A program made the position numbers and the translations under genes. From Schmidtea nova (Eukaryota), in the NCBI GenBank assembly GCA_044892505.1, contig CM097882.1, forward strand, positions 520,056,001 to 520,120,000: DNA of 64,000 nucleotides, in the 5' to 3' direction. A model generated the notes under the pieces. It saw only the letters and a program-made list of their open reading frames with translations. It searched no databases and was not told where the DNA came from. This document shows, piece after piece, positions 28,801 to 40,559 of the stretch (positions within the stretch are counted from its first letter, which is position 1; the number at the start of each line of letters is the position of its first letter).

Positions 28801-29750
28801 CTCTCTCGTCTCATGTTGCACCACTTTGAACGAACCTCAACAAAACTTTTAAAACAAATAGTTTAAAATGGTGAATCAAATTTTAAATACAATACTAAAT
28901 TGTCGACATGAATTTTGAAAATTATTTAAACTTTCTCCGATATATGATTTACGCATCGTAAACGGATACATGACGCATTACATTTTCAAACATTTTCCTA
29001 ATTCTCTTACAATAAATAACTTCTAATCAATTTACCAAAATGATTGATACATATAAGGTTAAAGATTAACGTTTTCTTAGTGAACCTACACAAATGAGTG
29101 TAAATCCAACAGAAATACTTGAAGAAAAGGACATTTGATGAGCATAAAGTACTCAAAACTACCCTGAAATTCCACCTGCAAATGTCGGCAAAGAAAGATG
29201 TGATGATTATCGTTATCGCTTGACATTAGAAAGACAGAAATGGTATTGTTTTAAAAGTTAAATATATACCTGTAATATTATTCGGTTTGGTTTTAAATTT
29301 TAGTTTTCACAAGACTCTTTGAGGAAATGCGACTGATAGTTTGTCCGCTATAGGTTTACTGCATAATTCATTTTGTCAATGTTTGTAACTGATTTATAAC
29401 CTTTGAATGGCACGAATGTAAATTATTTATCTTTTGGAGATAAATAAAAGAAGAATTCTGTCCGACATAGAAGTGGGTAATAAATGCTATTCATACAATC
29501 ATTAAATAAATTAAAGGAAAATAAAACTATTTTTCTCAAATATCACAATTAAAACAAAGTCTATCAAAATTTTTTTATTTTTTTTGATCTTTCTGTATTA
29601 AATGTCTAACTGGACAGGAAACGAAATTGTTTCAATTTTTTACATATAAATTTGTCATTATTTTCTAATTTTTTTGAATTATTATAGTAAGCTGAATATA
29701 ATTTGCAATACTCTTCAACACGCTTTCAAATATTTTATTGTCATTAATAA

Positions 29751-31117
29751 CACTACTCGACAAAATTTAATTTTTTTTATTTGATAAAAATGTGTCTTTC
29801 TAGGGTAATTTAGCATGCTGATTCCGAAAATTTTATCGAAATTTCTCCATCACGTCTAGTTTTTTATATAAAGCTTAATCCGAAATTTAGAAAAAAAGTC
29901 ATTTAGAAGGAAAGTTAGTTGAAGTTAACGATATATTTTTTAAGAAGATTGTCATTAAAAATATAGTAAATCATAGCGAAAACAATTTATGATAGACACA
30001 GACAGAAGTAGAAAGATACTTGCATGAGAATTTCAACAGCGAGATAAATGAAACGGAAAAAACGCTGAGTTAGGCTGTCACTATTTGATATTTCAGCAAA
30101 GAAACGCAGTGTCAATAAAATTTAAGTATCAACATTCATTAACCAGCAAAAGTCTGCCATCATCCTTAAGTCACTCCTGCCTTGATAGCGATTTTCACTA
30201 GCTTTGACTGTCTGGTGAAACCTTTCACCGTGTTCATCATTCACTTTTCCCAGATCGTCAGGAAAAAATTCAAGATGATTCTTCAAAAAATGAATTTTAA
30301 GAGACATATTGACCTGTAAGAGGTAGAAAAATAATAATATGCTACAGCCACAATAATTTGAAGTTACCTTCAGTGGAGCAAAAGCATCAAGCAGCTCAGA
30401 AACGACTTCTTTGTAGTTGCTAGAGCGGTGTTTTCCCAAAAAATTTCTGACTACCTACAGGAGAGCATTTCAGGTTCGAAGTTCTATCTTGTTGAGTGTC
30501 ATTCTGAACACTTCACTTTCCATTATCTTCTTTAAGTGTGGGCCGACAAAAACTCCTTCCTTTATCTTTGCTGCGAACAATCTGGGGAATGTCGGTCTCA
30601 GTGTTTTCATTGGCTCTCCTTCTGTATTCAAGGCTTTAACAAATTGCTTAAACAGGCCCAATTTGATGTGGAGAGTAGGTAACAAGACGCCATTAAGATC
30701 GACTAAAGAGTTGTATTTGATTGAATATCTCCCAGGTACTCGGGTCTGTCTAGCTGGCCACTGATTGGTAGTGTAGTGGTTTTGTCTATCTCTGCAATCC
30801 CACAGACATAAAATACAGCAGAATTTATAATTTAGCCAGCTTTACTTCATTGAAACAAATTAAAGGGAATAACCATTATTTCTTATGTATGCATTAAAAT
30901 AAATAAAATAAAAACCGATACGATTTTAAAGCCTTATCTCTGAATCTGGATGTGATACAATGTATGTAATATAGATTTTCTTCAACATTTTCGAATATCC
31001 TTTATATAAAAACTGGACGTGATAGAGAAATTTCGATATCATTTTTGGAATCAGCATGCAAAAATACCCTATACCAACTTCTTCTCATCAAATAAAAAAT
31101 TTTAGCGTCGGGTAGTG
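29751..31117 (-). mobile_element. Chapaev3-type DNA transposon, internally deleted
   Basis: Termini CACTAC(T/C)CGAC with long imperfect TIRs; TSD TAA; CILCLWDCR..HY..WP.R, LHIKLGLFKQFVKAL, MSLKIHFL.HL.FFP..LG.V.DEHGERFHQ. Confidence 0.9.
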
Positions 31118-31287
31118 TAATTTATATATTATTTTCATATTATTATTGTTTTAAATATTGTAAAGTTGCTTTCATAAACTTAATTGAAAGTCAAAATGGA
31201 AATATGAAATTCTCAGAAATAAAGGGGTCAAAGCAACAACAAATGTCAATCGATTTAGAGAAGAAATTGCTTGTTTACAATTGGTTT

Positions 31288-32688
31288 TGTAGTGCCTTAG
31301 ATTAAATTTTCAATCTTTTAAATTAATTAATTATTAAATGGATTAAATTAGATGTTGTTTTAATATTTACATATTTTCACTTTTTTCACGCTAATCAGAA
31401 AAAAAATGCAAGCTGTTAACAATGATTCGATATGCCAATTCACTCAAGATTCGACATACTCCACATCGACTTAGTAGGCAAACTCCCCGCAGACGACGGA
31501 TTCTGCTATATACTGACAATGATCGATAGGAAAACACGCTGGTTCGAGGCTATTCCAGTTTCTGACATCACCGCAAAAACGGTTGCACACACCTTAATAT
31601 CCACTTGGTTTTCGCGTTATGGAATCCCGACCGCCATAATCACAGACCAAGGAACACAATTTGAATCAGACCTTTTCGATCATCTGACCACCAGCCTCGG
31701 CATCAGTCATTTACGTACCAGCTCATATCACCCACAAACAAACGGTCTTGTGGAACGCGCCCACCGGACTTTGAAATCATCCCTCAGAATACTCTCAACG
31801 ACAACTTCGTGGACCAAAGCATTACCATTCGTCTTGCTCGGGTGGCACAACACTCCCAACCGCTCAAGTGGCGTGTCACCTTCACAACCTTTGTTCAGTT
31901 CCAACACATCCATGCCCAACGAACTCATAGATCTACAGAACGAATCGTCACGAGAGGAAATCAACCTCACTCGCAATCATTTTTTGAGTCTTGATACAAA
32001 TCCATCTTTCACATATTCTACATCATACAAACCGTATATACCACAATCACTTTCATCTGCCACCCACGCATGGATGAAGACAATTGACTCGTCAAACCTC
32101 AAACCTAGAAACAAAGGCCCATTCCGCATCATCTAACTATACAAAAACACAGCGAAACTAGAAATTGATAACAATCACATTATGGTCAACCTATCAAGAT
32201 TAAAACCATCCTTTTGCACACTTGAGTATGATGAACGACCAAATTACCATATCATGAAAGAAGATCCTATAGATGAAGGCATTCAAGAAGACACAGAACA
32301 ACTGAAGACCCTTACAGAAACGACAAATACCCAACTTTCTCAAGACAACCCGCCATTCTCTTCTAGGCGAACACGTAAACTCCCTCAATATCTCTCCGAT
32401 TATCACCTTCAGTGACTCACCCAACACCCAAATCCATTTTCTAGCTTAGAGACGCTCCATGTACTTCGGCGGGGGCTATTGTAGTGTCTTAGATTAAATT
32501 TTCAATCTTTTAAATTAATTAATTATTAAATGGATTAAATTAGATGTTGTTTTAATATTTACATATTTTCACTTTTTTCACGCTGATCAAAAAAAAATGC
32601 AAGCTGTTAACAATGATTCGATATGCCAATTCACTCAAGACATTCACAGCGACTCGTTTTCTTCAAATGACAACAATTATCAGTTCTA
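31288..32688 (+). mobile_element. Internally deleted Gypsy: partial LTR, integrase, PPT, LTR
   Basis: About 161-bp near-identical direct repeat starting TGTAGTG at 31288 and 32480; GGGGG PPT before the second copy; 3' end uncertain. Confidence 0.88.
31432..32136 (+). CDS. Integrase core ORF started from an LTR ATG
   Basis: HIDLVG / ITDQGTQFES / YHPQTNGLVERAHRTLK: D-D-E intact; first 6 codons are LTR sequence. Confidence 0.8.
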   Translation: MPIHSRFDILHIDLVGKLPADDGFCYILTMIDRKTRWFEAIPVSDITAKTVAHTLISTWFSRYGIPTAIITDQGTQFESDLFDHLTTSLGISHLRTSSYHPQTNGLVERAHRTLKSSLRILSTTTSWTKALPFVLLGWHNTPNRSSGVSPSQPLFSSNTSMPNELIDLQNESSREEINLTRNHFLSLDTNPSFTYSTSYKPYIPQSLSSATHAWMKTIDSSNLKPRNKGPFRII

Positions 32689-32689
32689 C

Positions 32690-33080
32690 TCTAGTGGAGA
32701 TTGTGTAGTCGATATTCAAAGAAGAAACAATTGCCAGTTCCGTAGATTGCAGAAATGTTTCGCTGCTGGAATGCGTAAAGAAGCCGTACAAACTGGAAGA
32801 TGCTTGTCAACAACTGGATCAATATTAATATACTATCCAGACAAATCTGAAATGTATAACTCAAAAAATCTACAAACCAATACATTGGATCACAATCAAT
32901 CTCGATTAAACGATTATTCGCCAGCACCAGAAATCAATCAATACGGACTGTCATGGAGCTTGCTCATTTCTACTCTTGTTATCATCGGTCAGGATTTCCC
33001 GTTGCCAAAGACCAACTTGTCAATTGGAGATCAATTTCTATTAATAAAATCTTATTTGCTTTTAGCATTCCTACAGGTTT
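32690..33080 (+). pseudogene. NR2-type nuclear receptor fragment (HNF4/COUP-TF-like): second zinc finger, hinge, start of LBD
   Basis: GDCVVDIQRRNNCQFRRLQKCFAAGMRKEAVQTGR; LBD signature-like FP...LSIGDQFLLIK; a Zn-ligand Cys reads CGT (Arg); first finger absent. Confidence 0.8.
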
Positions 33081-33770
33081 ATTTTCTGATGCTAATTCTT
33101 GTTAAATTTCCAGAAATTTAGTAATGTTGCCTAAAATTTGTTTAAAGTATAATTGAAATTTGAAGCTTAGTTTGAAATTGTACGAAGATTATTTTTGTAT
33201 TATGAATTAAAATTTAATTGTATTGTTATTGTTATAAAATCCTAGTATTTTGCATTGATTATTTTGTATTACCCAAAAACATGAACAACCAAAGAAAAAT
33301 TTAATCATCGACAGGCTTTTTTCTAAACTAAAATTTTTAAAGTTTAGTTGAATAATTTGACAAAAATTGTTTGAAATGAAGTCTAGAAAGGTAAATTATG
33401 GATTAAATTAAAGACTTGGAAGTTATATTTTGTGTTGATTTGATAAATAATAGTTAATTAGTACGAATATATAGTGATAATATTGCATCAATTATCAGAG
33501 ACTTAAGGGAGAATCTTTTTATGTTTATTGAGTAACCTAAGCAATGTGTGTTTTGATTACAAAAGAAATACAATGTTTTACTTGATAAAAGATCTATTTC
33601 GAATACAGGTCTTCATTTTTAAAAAAAAATTTACTTTTTTTGAAAAGCCAAGAATACAAGCCCTCCCTCAAATATATTCCATTTTCACTTTAAATTCAAA
33701 TATTTCAATTCAAATTCATTGAAACAATCTGAGCAATAGCATCTATATTTTTCTACACTTTATACCACTA

Positions 33771-34060
33771 ATGTCAGGAAGAAAAATGTACGCGTTTGAA
33801 TTTAAGAATAAAGTATATGAGGAGGGTAATTCGTCCAATACAATATGCCAAAAATATACATTTGATACTATAATGCTAAGAAGATGGAGCAACACCTTTA
33901 TAACAGCAGAGAACGAACACATTTGCTACACTTATAAAATATTGAGAGAAGGAGTAATCCTAAAATTAAAGACTTTGAAGATCTAATTTACAATTGGATT
34001 ATTCATAGGTGATTATTGTGTACACGGCACAGAATTTGGAAGGTCTCAAGCTTTGTTGAT
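33771..34060 (+). pseudogene. pogo-like transposase N-terminal HTH remnant
   Basis: RKMYAFEFKNKVYEE..ICQKYTFDTIMLRRW, then FEDLIYNWIIHR (CENP-B-like HTH). Confidence 0.5.
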
Positions 34061-34686
34061 ACAAAGCTTTTCATTTCACATAAAAGGATTTGCATGTGAT
34101 TTATAATTTTCCTTAATAACTATCGTTTGTAATATGTGATGATTAGTATCTTTGATCGGCATCTATGTAAATAATTAAAAAAGCGTTCCTATATCCTTTA
34201 CAAAGTTGAGACACATGCGATAAACCATATAAATGGCCGGTAAGAGAGGGCAAGTGATGGGCAATCATAAAACGTTACGCTTGACAGTGTCAGAGTTAAT
34301 GACAACAATAATTATATTTTACTTAATAATGGTAAGTGTAAAATAATAATTATAAAAAGACTATCTTTTACATTAATTGAAGTTCCATTCGCAACAGTTC
34401 GACATAAAAATGAACCATATTTGTTGATCAATCAAGATATCAAATATTGAAATCGTTGTTATGAAGCAACAACTGACTGCTAAATTTTGCAAAAACAAAT
34501 AGTTGAAAATAATGATTAAAAAGGACGATGGAATTATATTTGACTAATTTGAATTTTATTAATTTGTTTACCACGGTGTTCTTGTTTATTTTATGTGTCA
34601 TCGTACAAATCTGTGGTGTCATTAAATGTCTAGGAAAATGTTCATTATTCCCATTTATGACTCACTGATCTGCAAGTGCATAATCC

Positions 34687-34924
34687 NNNNNNNNNNNNNN
34701 NNNNNNNNNNNNNNNNNNNNNNNNNNNNNNNNNNNNNNNNNNNNNNNNNNNNNNNNNNNNNNNNNNNNNNNNNNNNNNNNNNNNNNNNNNNNNNNNNNNN
34801 NNNNNNNNNNNNNNNNNNNNNNNNNNNNNNNNNNNNNNNNNNNNNNNNNNNNNNNNNNNNNNNNNNNNNNNNNNNNNNNNNNNNNNNNNNNNNNNNNNNN
34901 NNNNNNNNNNNNNNNNNNNNNNNN
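34687..34924. other. Assembly gap adjoining the palindromic array
   Basis: N run. Confidence 1.
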
Positions 34925-35358
34925 AATAATTCTCATAATGATGATTATAGATCATAAAAATATTTTTATAAACAATAACACAATATTTCGGCACAGCCTT
35001 TATCACTTGATAATGGAATATAATAATGATCTATAGTCATCATTATGAGACTTATTGATAATAATAATAAAAAAAGATCAAAGGTGAAAAAAGATAATTA
35101 TGATAATAACAATAATAAACATAATAATAATAATAATAATAATATCATAATTATCTTTTTTTTCACCTTTGATCTTTTTTTATTATTATTATCAATAATT
35201 CTCATAATGACTATAGATCAAAATTTTTATTATAAACAATAACACAATATTTCGGCACAGCCTTTATCATAAAGGCTTTATGATAAAGGCTGTGCCGAAA
35301 TATTGTGTTATTGTTTATAAAAAAAAATTTTGATCTATTGTCATTATGAGAATTATTG

Positions 35359-35420
<62 letters not shown>

Positions 35421-35432
35421 TATTATTATTAT
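34925..35432. repeat. Array of alternately inverted PLE pLTR-derived units with truncated hammerhead cores, ending in (AAT)n(TTA)n
   Basis: Unit TCTCATAATGACTATAGATC...ACACAATATTTCGGCACAGCCTTTATCA in both orientations; palindrome centres near 35125 and 35275. Confidence 0.85.
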
Positions 35433-38400
35433 TAGCAGCAACGATATCAAAATCATTTTCGGTATCCATTAAATAAATAAAATCAACTACAAAATTTATT
35501 AAATTTGAAAACTACGCTCTTTTCTCCTAATATATAAACAAAAACTTGAAGGCTATTCTTCTTTAATTCTGATGTTGATTTAAATGCTGGCTAATTTTTA
35601 AATAAGAAATAACATATATTTTAAGGTTAATTTAATTAATTAATTTAAGATGTTTAAATAAAAATTTATGAAATCTGACAAATACAATTTAAATGTTTAT
35701 TAGCAATTTTAATTTAAACGTGAATTCTACCCTTTCATCCCCCTTCTTTAAATTCTTTAATTTTTTCAATATTCCTGATTAAAGACTTTCCACATTTATC
35801 TCTCAGCATATAACTACGATCGTGTATTCGTCTTGTTACCGTGTATGGTCCTTCATACCTATCTTGATCCTTGTTTCGAATTTTTCGTTTGATTAACACT
35901 TTGTCTCCAACTTCAAACTTCCTTGTAGTTGTTGTTTCGTCATTTAGTCTTTTACTTTCAATTTTCAATGCTATTTCTTTTCTGTTGATTTTACTATCAC
36001 TATACCATTTCGATCTATCAATTCTCCTACCAAAAACAATTTCAGCTGGACTTACTCCCGTTGTTTTTTGGATTGTCGCGTTGAGTGTATATTCTGTATC
36101 TGGAATAAGAACTGCCCAGTCTTTTGCATTTCCGTCTTTCAGCGATGCATTAATAAAATCTCTTATTGTCCGGAATTGTCTTTCGATTATACCATTCGTA
36201 TTATGATGATATGGACTCGAATACACTATTTCGATCCCTGCTTTCTTGCTTATATTCTTTATGCTATTCGCTTCGAATGTTTTCCCGCAATCTACATGTA
36301 GTTCCTTGGGTGCCCTAAATTTTAGAATACAATTGTTTAACAATATCTTCCCAATTGTCTCTTCATCCTGTTTATTTATTGCTGTTAGCGAAATGTATTT
36401 ACTGTAATGGTCGATTATTGCGCAAATGTATCTTTTCCTGTTAAATGTTTCTTTCATTGGGCCACAGATGTCCATATATATTTTCTCGAAAGATTCTGAT
36501 GCTTCAAGTACTTTTGATTTCTCTTTCATCTTTGTAGTTACAACTTTAACTTTTTGGCACGATTCGCAGTTTGATATTGCTGTTTTTACCTCATTTATTA
36601 AATCTCTCATATCAAAATTGTTTTGTATGTATTTGATAACTTTATCAACTCCGGCATGACATAATAATAAATGTGTTTTCTTAATCATTTCTCTTCTTTT
36701 ACTTTCTGGTATCCATATTCTTTTTTCTTTGTTGTATATAATGTTATCTTCTATTATAAACCTTTTACTTGGTTGAGTTCTTATTTTATTTTTAATGTCC
36801 TCTATTTCTTCACTATTTCTTTGCCATTCTTCTCCTTTCCCTTCAGTCATTATACTTAACAATCTGGTTTTCATTCTTCCCATTTTAGGATTATCGTGAT
36901 CCATAAGGCATTGCACACATGGGCCACACGTTTTCCTCGATAACATGTCTGAGTTAGCATGTAATGTACCTTTTCTAAATTCCATTTTTATATCAAGGCT
37001 GCTTAAATAGTTTATCCACGTCTGGAATTGAGCTGTAATTTGCTTCTTTGTTGTTAGCATAAACGTTATCGCCTTATGATCTGTACGTAGTGTGAATCTT
37101 TTTCCATATAAATAGTGGTTGAAATGTCGACAAAAATAGTATATAGCCAAAAGTTCTTTTCTTGTAATACAATAACCCCTTTCATGGTCATTCATCGCAT
37201 ATGATCCATATGCGATAACTTGCTCATATCCCATGTCATCCTTATGTGATAAGACTGCGCCAATCGTATCAAAACTTGCGTCCGTATCCAATATGATTTC
37301 TTTCTTAAAATCCGGAAATACCAAGATCGGTGCGGTTATCAATGCCAACTTCATATTCTCAAAAGCCTGCTCACAATTTTCATTCCATATTATTTTGTCG
37401 CTATTTTTACCACATATACTCTCTAAAGCTCTTGACTTCTTTGCGTAGTCTTTAATAAACCTTCGATAATAGTTGCAGATGCCCAAGAAACTTCTTAAAT
37501 TTTTCACACATTTTGGCCTTTGGAATGATTGAATAGCTTCAATTTTGATTTGATCAGTTTGAATGCCGCCTTTATTTATAATATGGCCTAAGAATTTCAC
37601 TTCACTTTTCAGTATTTGACATTTTTCTGGGTTAATTCTTAGTTTAGCATCCGCAATTTTCTGCAATACTCTTTCCAGCAGTTTATAGTGTTCTTCCATT
37701 GTATTCGTAAAAATTAATATATCGACCAAATAAACCATTACTCCATCTTTCCATAAATCCTTTAATATCTTCGTCATGAGCTCTTGAAAAGTGCCTGGTG
37801 CTGCTGCGATGCCAAATGGCATTCGATTAAAACAGAATTGTCCCTCTTTCGTTGAAAAAGCTGTTTTCTCCTGTGATTCTCTATCCAATTTTACATGATA
37901 GTATGCGTTTCCAAGGTCAATGGAACTAAAATATCTAGTTCCATGCAAAGCATCTAAGATCTCGTCGACATTTGGCATCGGGAACCCTTGCCTTTCAGTA
38001 ATTTTGTTAAGTTGTCTAAAATCCAAACAAAGTCTGATATCCTTCTTTTCTTTTTTCCAAACGCACACTAACGGGGTGTTCTAAGGTGAATTACACTTCC
38101 TTATAATATTATTATCCTCCAGATTTTTAATGGCCATGTTTATTTTCTCTTCCAAGTTTATAGGCTGCCTTCTTGGCATTATCATTATTGGTCCACCAGT
38201 TGTTTCAATTTTATGCTCAAATAAATCAGTGCATCCAATATCCCACTTGTCAGCCATGAAAACATTTATTTCTCTTGATAATTTCTAAAAGAAATTTATC
38301 TTCTTTTACTTTCAACTTCTCTATTGTATATTGGAATCTTTCTTCATTTGTAATATTCCTCCCAAATTTAGCATCAATTTCACATATACGTTCGTTAAAT

Positions 38401-40424
38401 ATTATTTCATCCTCTTGAATCCATCTTAATTCAATACCGAATTGTTTCTGTAATTCTACACCTCCAATAACATCTGGGACAATGTTCACTAGGACAAAGG
38501 TCACTGGGACAAAGGTCACTATTTTTGTTAGTTTCCCTATCTTTACATCAATTTGAATTTTACCGATAGTCTCCAATTTACTATCATTTGCACACCTTAG
38601 CATTTCATCTGTTTTTATTATCTCGACTTTGTCCAGTTTATCCAGTACCGCTTTAGACATAATATTAATTCGTGCTCCTGTATCTAACAGACACTCAATT
38701 CCGCGGCCCTGAATTTCAAGTGTTATACTTGGTCTACCTTGAATTTTATGATAATTCATACGAGGTCTTCTCCATTCGTCTTTTGTAAATATATTTTGTT
38801 CTACTTTATTCTTTATACTATCGGAAATTTCAATAATCCACATAATCTTATCTTCATTCATATCAAATGTCTTTTTTAGGAATCTATATACTTTTTCACC
38901 AGTTCTTTCATCGCTACACGTTATTTTTCTGTTTTCATTTTTCTGATCTGTACTGCCACTTTTATAAACATTAAAATTAGTTTTATTATCAATATTATTA
39001 CATAAATCTTTACTAACAAAATTAAAATTATTTACATTATTTAAATTATTTACATTATTATAACCAGCATTTTCATCGAAATCAAAATTACCTAATAAAT
39101 GGCTCCGATCATCGCCTCCTGTGATGGAGCTTCCTCGTTTGGGTATTGCATTTCTTCGTATTTCTCTTCGGCTTCACTTGAATAATTTACTTGATAGTTT
39201 GCATCTTGATTTCCAATTGCTGCTACCTTTCTTCTATTATACTGATTGTTTTGTTGAAATCGGTCCCTTTTATTTTGATATGCTGCATTGTTCCTTCCAT
39301 GTTGGCTCATTTTCGGCGTAAATCTTTCTAGGTTTGTATAGCATTCAGTTTCTTTGTGACCTCGTAGATGACATCTCCTACACTGGATGTTTGGACATTC
39401 TCGGTGTACGTGTCCATATAATCCACATCCAAAACACTGAATCTTCCTCTCTATAGTGCATTCCCGGCTTATATGGCCTGGTTTCTGGCATGTCCAGCAT
39501 ACGACGTTTTTAGTCACTTCCAATGGTTTTGACATCGGAATCACATTTGTCTGTGCAGGTCTTTGAACGGCATCTCTGTAGCTTTTGACAGAATTCGGAT
39601 ATGCTATAAGTCGAATGGTGTTAACATGGCTTATAGCTTTATTCACTTTCTAAACTTTTCTAATTGTGCTTTTAATTTCTTCTGACGTCTTTAGTTCTTG
39701 CATTTCTATTTCTTTTTTAACTTTTTTCTCTCGAGTTCCATTCATAAGCAGGCATTTTTAAATTTCTTCTTGGTTTCACTCATGTCTAAATAACCTTTTG
39801 GTTAATTTCTCCACTTTTTCGATGAATCGGTCTGCTAAATCGGATCCTTGTTCATAATTAAGAGCTTCCTTTAAGTCGTCAAATAATGATTTTGGTCTCG
39901 AAAATGCTGTTCTGAGCTTTTCCTCGAATGTTTTTCCTTCTACTTTTTCATATTCGTCATATAATGGTTTATCCAACAGTGTGGTAACCAGAATCATCTG
40001 CATTTTGACAGATATCTTCGTAATATTAAAAAACTTTTGACATTCTTTGATGAATTCTTCCAAGTCATCGTCTCTGTGGAATCTTTCTGGTAACATCCTG
40101 CTAATCAATAGGTTCGTTGGCGTGGTCGCCATATTAGCAGCAACGATATCAAAATCATTTTCGGTATCCATTAAATAAATAAAATCAACTACAAAATTTA
40201 TTAAATTTGAAAACTACACTCTTTTCTCCTAATATATAAACAAAAACTTGAAGGCTATTCTTCTTTAATTCTGATGTTGATTTAAATGCTGGCTAATTTT
40301 TAAATAAGAAATAACATATATTTTAAGGTTAATTTAATTAATTAATTTAAGATGTTTAAATAAAAATTTATGAAATCTGACAAATACAATTTAAATGTTT
40401 ATTAGCAATTTTAATTTAAACATG
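35430..40424 (-). mobile_element. Near full-length Ty3/Gypsy LTR retrotransposon, young but disabled
   Basis: LTRs 35430-35737 and 40132-40424 (runs into gap) nearly identical; PBS TGGCGACCACGCC; gag with three CCHC knuckles; protease LLDTGA; RT-RNaseH-IN ORF 35735-38068. Confidence 0.97.
35735..38068 (-). pseudogene. pol (RT, RNase H, integrase)
   Basis: CLDFRQLN, MPFGIAAAPGTFQ, YLVD in place of YxDD, LDTDAS, MDICG / VDCG / IIERQF; upstream TAG in CNSP*NTPLV. Confidence 0.93.
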
Positions 40425-40559
40425 NNNNNNNNNNNNNNNNNNNNNNNNNNNNNNNNNNNNNNNNNNNNNNNNNNNNNNNNNNNNNNNNNNNNNNNNNNNN
40501 NNNNNNNNNNNNNNNNNNNNNNNNNNNNNNNNNNNNNNNNNNNNNNNNNNNNNNNNNNN
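40425..40559. other. Assembly gap inside the 5' LTR
   Basis: N run. Confidence 1.

Noticed and set aside
31225-31287. IDL..EEIACLQLV as nuclear receptor LBD helix 8
   Set aside because: Needs a frameshift and lies upstream of the DBD fragment, the wrong order; likely chance.
34626-35456. ORFs containing X runs or poly-I/N
   Set aside because: Artefacts of N gaps and (AAT)n microsatellites.
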